A stretch of 45,262 nucleotides of DNA from a virus (taxonomy: Duplodnaviria > Caudoviricetes): positions 1 to 45,262 of the IMG/VR virus record IMGVR_UViG_3300037882_001138. One strand, 5' to 3'. A program made the translations under genes and the position numbers. Within the stretch, counting starts at the first letter, position 1. Each line of letters opens with the position of its first letter. Shown here piece by piece: positions 43,875 to 45,262 of this stretch. The notes beneath the pieces are model-generated. The model was not told the DNA's origin. It made no database searches and saw only the letters and a list, made by a program, of their open reading frames with translations.

Positions 43875-44044
43875 GTCTTTACCTTCTCAAGAGAATCCAG
43901 TCGCGCCTGGATGGCGTCCAGTGCGCTGCTCAGTTCCTGCTCACTGCTGGCTTGCACGACCTTGCGCATAAGCCGGTGGTCGATTTCGCGCTCTCTTAGA
44001 TGCGCCTGCATCAGCAGCTCTATAGCCCGTTGTTCGGCGCTCAT
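43871..44044 (-). CDS. 57-aa hypothetical protein
   Basis: ATG at 44044; ATGA overlap downstream. Confidence 0.6.
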   Translation of the reverse strand: MSAEQRAIELLMQAHLREREIDHRLMRKVVQASSEQELSSALDAIQARLDSLEKVKT

Positions 44045-44045
44045 A

Positions 44046-44126
44046 TCAGAATCCAATATTGGAGCCGAAGTAGAACTGGATCACCATCACTACGACTATA
44101 AAAACGGTTGTTGCTAGTGTCTTCAT
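44046..44126 (-). CDS. 26-aa hydrophobic peptide (not in ORF track)
   Basis: MKTLATTVFIVVVMVIQFYFGSNIGF; GAGG RBS; ATGA overlap. Confidence 0.5.
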   Translation of the reverse strand: MKTLATTVFIVVVMVIQFYFGSNIGF

Positions 44127-44320
44127 TTGGCTTGCCTCTCGATGTAAAGCTCAATAGCGGCGTTGCACAGTTCGTGCGGATAGGGCCAGCGGCTATGATT
44201 GTTACGTGCGTATAAAGTGCGGGCTAAGTTGGCGACCTCCTGTTCCGTTACGTGGGGTACTTCCTTAGCCAGGTCGGGCAGAACGGCGGTGCTAAAGCAG
44301 TAGTCTTTGAGTGTTTTCAC
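44123..44320 (-). CDS. 65-aa hypothetical protein
   Basis: GTG start with GGAGG RBS; coupled to neighbours. Confidence 0.65.
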   Translation of the reverse strand: MKTLKDYCFSTAVLPDLAKEVPHVTEQEVANLARTLYARNNHSRWPYPHELCNAAIELYIERQAK

Positions 44321-44595
44321 TTATCGGCCCTCCTGCGTTTTGGTTTGGCGGCTACTTGTTCATTGCGCTTGACGGCTTCCTGCTGTGCTAGAAGGTCTTT
44401 CGCTTTAGCGAATTCCAAGTCGGCCAGTTGGGTGTCTTCAAACTCCCGTTCGCTTGACCTGTCGCGGGCTTTCTTTTTCAACTGAACCCCCAGCACCCAG
44501 TCCGCGGTCACGATGCAGAACCAGACAACCAAGCAGAGCCCGGCCAAGGTCCAGATAAGCCACGCGCCAGCCAGTGCGTCATATATTTCGTTCAT
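44317..44595 (-). CDS. 92-aa protein with N-terminal TM helix
   Basis: Hydrophobic residues about 8-37; GAGGAG RBS. Confidence 0.7.
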   Translation of the reverse strand: MNEIYDALAGAWLIWTLAGLCLVVWFCIVTADWVLGVQLKKKARDRSSEREFEDTQLADLEFAKAKDLLAQQEAVKRNEQVAAKPKRRRADK

Positions 44596-44885
44596 GCTAG
44601 TAACTCCTCTACGCCTTCAATTGAATCGATCACCACGACCCGCTGGCCCATAGCGCGCATGCGCTCGTGCTCGCGTAGCTGGGAGGGGCGGGGCTTCTCG
44701 CCTGGGGCTTTGAGTTCGACCCAAACAGACCGCAAGAATCCGAGGCCATCCGGTTCCCACAAAACAATGCCCATCACCAGCCGATCAGGCGCACCGACAC
44801 GGCCAACCCACTGGACTTTGCGGACTTCGCCGCCTAGTTCCTTCACCCGTTTGACCAGGTGCTTTTCGATGGTGCTTTCTTTCAT
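44592..44885 (-). CDS. VRR-NUC domain nuclease
   Basis: ESTIE..L, GAPDR, WVELKAPG.KP...Q; start MKEST. Confidence 0.9.
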   Translation of the reverse strand: MKESTIEKHLVKRVKELGGEVRKVQWVGRVGAPDRLVMGIVLWEPDGLGFLRSVWVELKAPGEKPRPSQLREHERMRAMGQRVVVIDSIEGVEELLA

Positions 44886-45262
44886 GCTGCAACCCATATA
44901 GCTGCATGCGCTTCAATCATCCGCACAGCCATTGCGTACTCTTTGCCGTGGTCGTTGTCGCCGTGTGATTTCTCGCAAGCTGCTACGAATTCGTTCAAGA
45001 ACCCGGTGAAGCAACCCGCTTTAACCACAATGCCCTTGTCTGTGATGAACGATTGCAAGTAGTCAGAGCGCGAACCAATAGGGCCGCATTGAAAGAATGG
45101 CCGACCAGCAATCAACTTGCCAAATTTTTCGTCCAGGTCGGCATCGCCCAGGTCGGCACCGTACAGGTTGGCACCGCCCAGGTTGGCACCGCCCAGGTTG
45201 GCATCGCCCAGGTTGGCTTTCGCAACAGTCGCCTTCTCAAGCATCTGGCGCGTTGTCATGCC
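44882..45262 (-). CDS. Pentapeptide-repeat protein with DUF5758-like C-domain (3' part; starts at 156)
   Basis: Six A(N/D)Lxx units; GPIGSR...AGCFTG...EF...HG...EY. Confidence 0.88.
   Translation of the reverse strand, partial: GMTTRQMLEKATVAKANLGDANLGGANLGGANLYGADLGDADLDEKFGKLIAGRPFFQCGPIGSRSDYLQSFITDKGIVVKAGCFTGFLNEFVAACEKSHGDNDHGKEYAMAVRMIEAHAAIWVAA
45164..45262. repeat. Second copy of the 99-nt terminal overlap
   Basis: Identical to 1-99. Confidence 0.92.

Noticed and set aside
43961-43988. XerC-arm-like CTTGCGCATAA
   Set aside because: Inside a coding region with no XerD-like arm; it shows such half-matches arise by chance and tempers confidence in dif-like sites A and B.
45133-45216. 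15-nt tandem repeats as a CRISPR or VNTR
   Set aside because: They encode A(N/D)Lxx pentapeptide repeats; no spacers. Copy number could be mis-assembled.

Overview
This is a complete, circularly assembled genome of a tailed podovirus-like phage. Bases 1-99 equal 45164-45262, so the unit length is 45,163 bp. Gene content and order resemble the BPP-1/APSE-like temperate podophages, and the host is probably a Betaproteobacterium (inference). A leftward early arm runs from 5848 across the junction to about 39400 and encodes a DUF2800 nuclease, DUF2815 SSB, family-A DNA polymerase, pentapeptide-repeat protein, VRR-NUC nuclease, SNF2 helicase and many small ORFs. A divergent cI/cro-like switch at about 6.1-7.4 kb leads into a rightward arm with two DNA methyltransferases, a primase-helicase, a repeat-rich putative origin, terminase, portal, an accessory head-fibre block, capsid, T7-like tail proteins, internal virion proteins (one of 2499 aa with three ADP-ribosyltransferase-like domains and a zincin motif), a tail fibre and lysis genes. 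Highlights read from the sequence: (1) there is no integrase, but a dif-like XerC/D site, two weaker dif-like sites and a DUF3653/XafT-like fragment sit where attP would be expected; (2) six late promoters share GTATCC(G/A)TG-N17-TAnnnT; (3) a Calx-beta domain appears split between two adjacent virion proteins; (4) there is a tandem array of RNase III-type stems, one enclosing a tRNA T-arm; (5) a c4/CI-like antisense RNA precedes the replication operon; (6) several unrelated proteins share a C-terminal DLA tail. Family assignments come from motif recognition by eye; no database searches were run.
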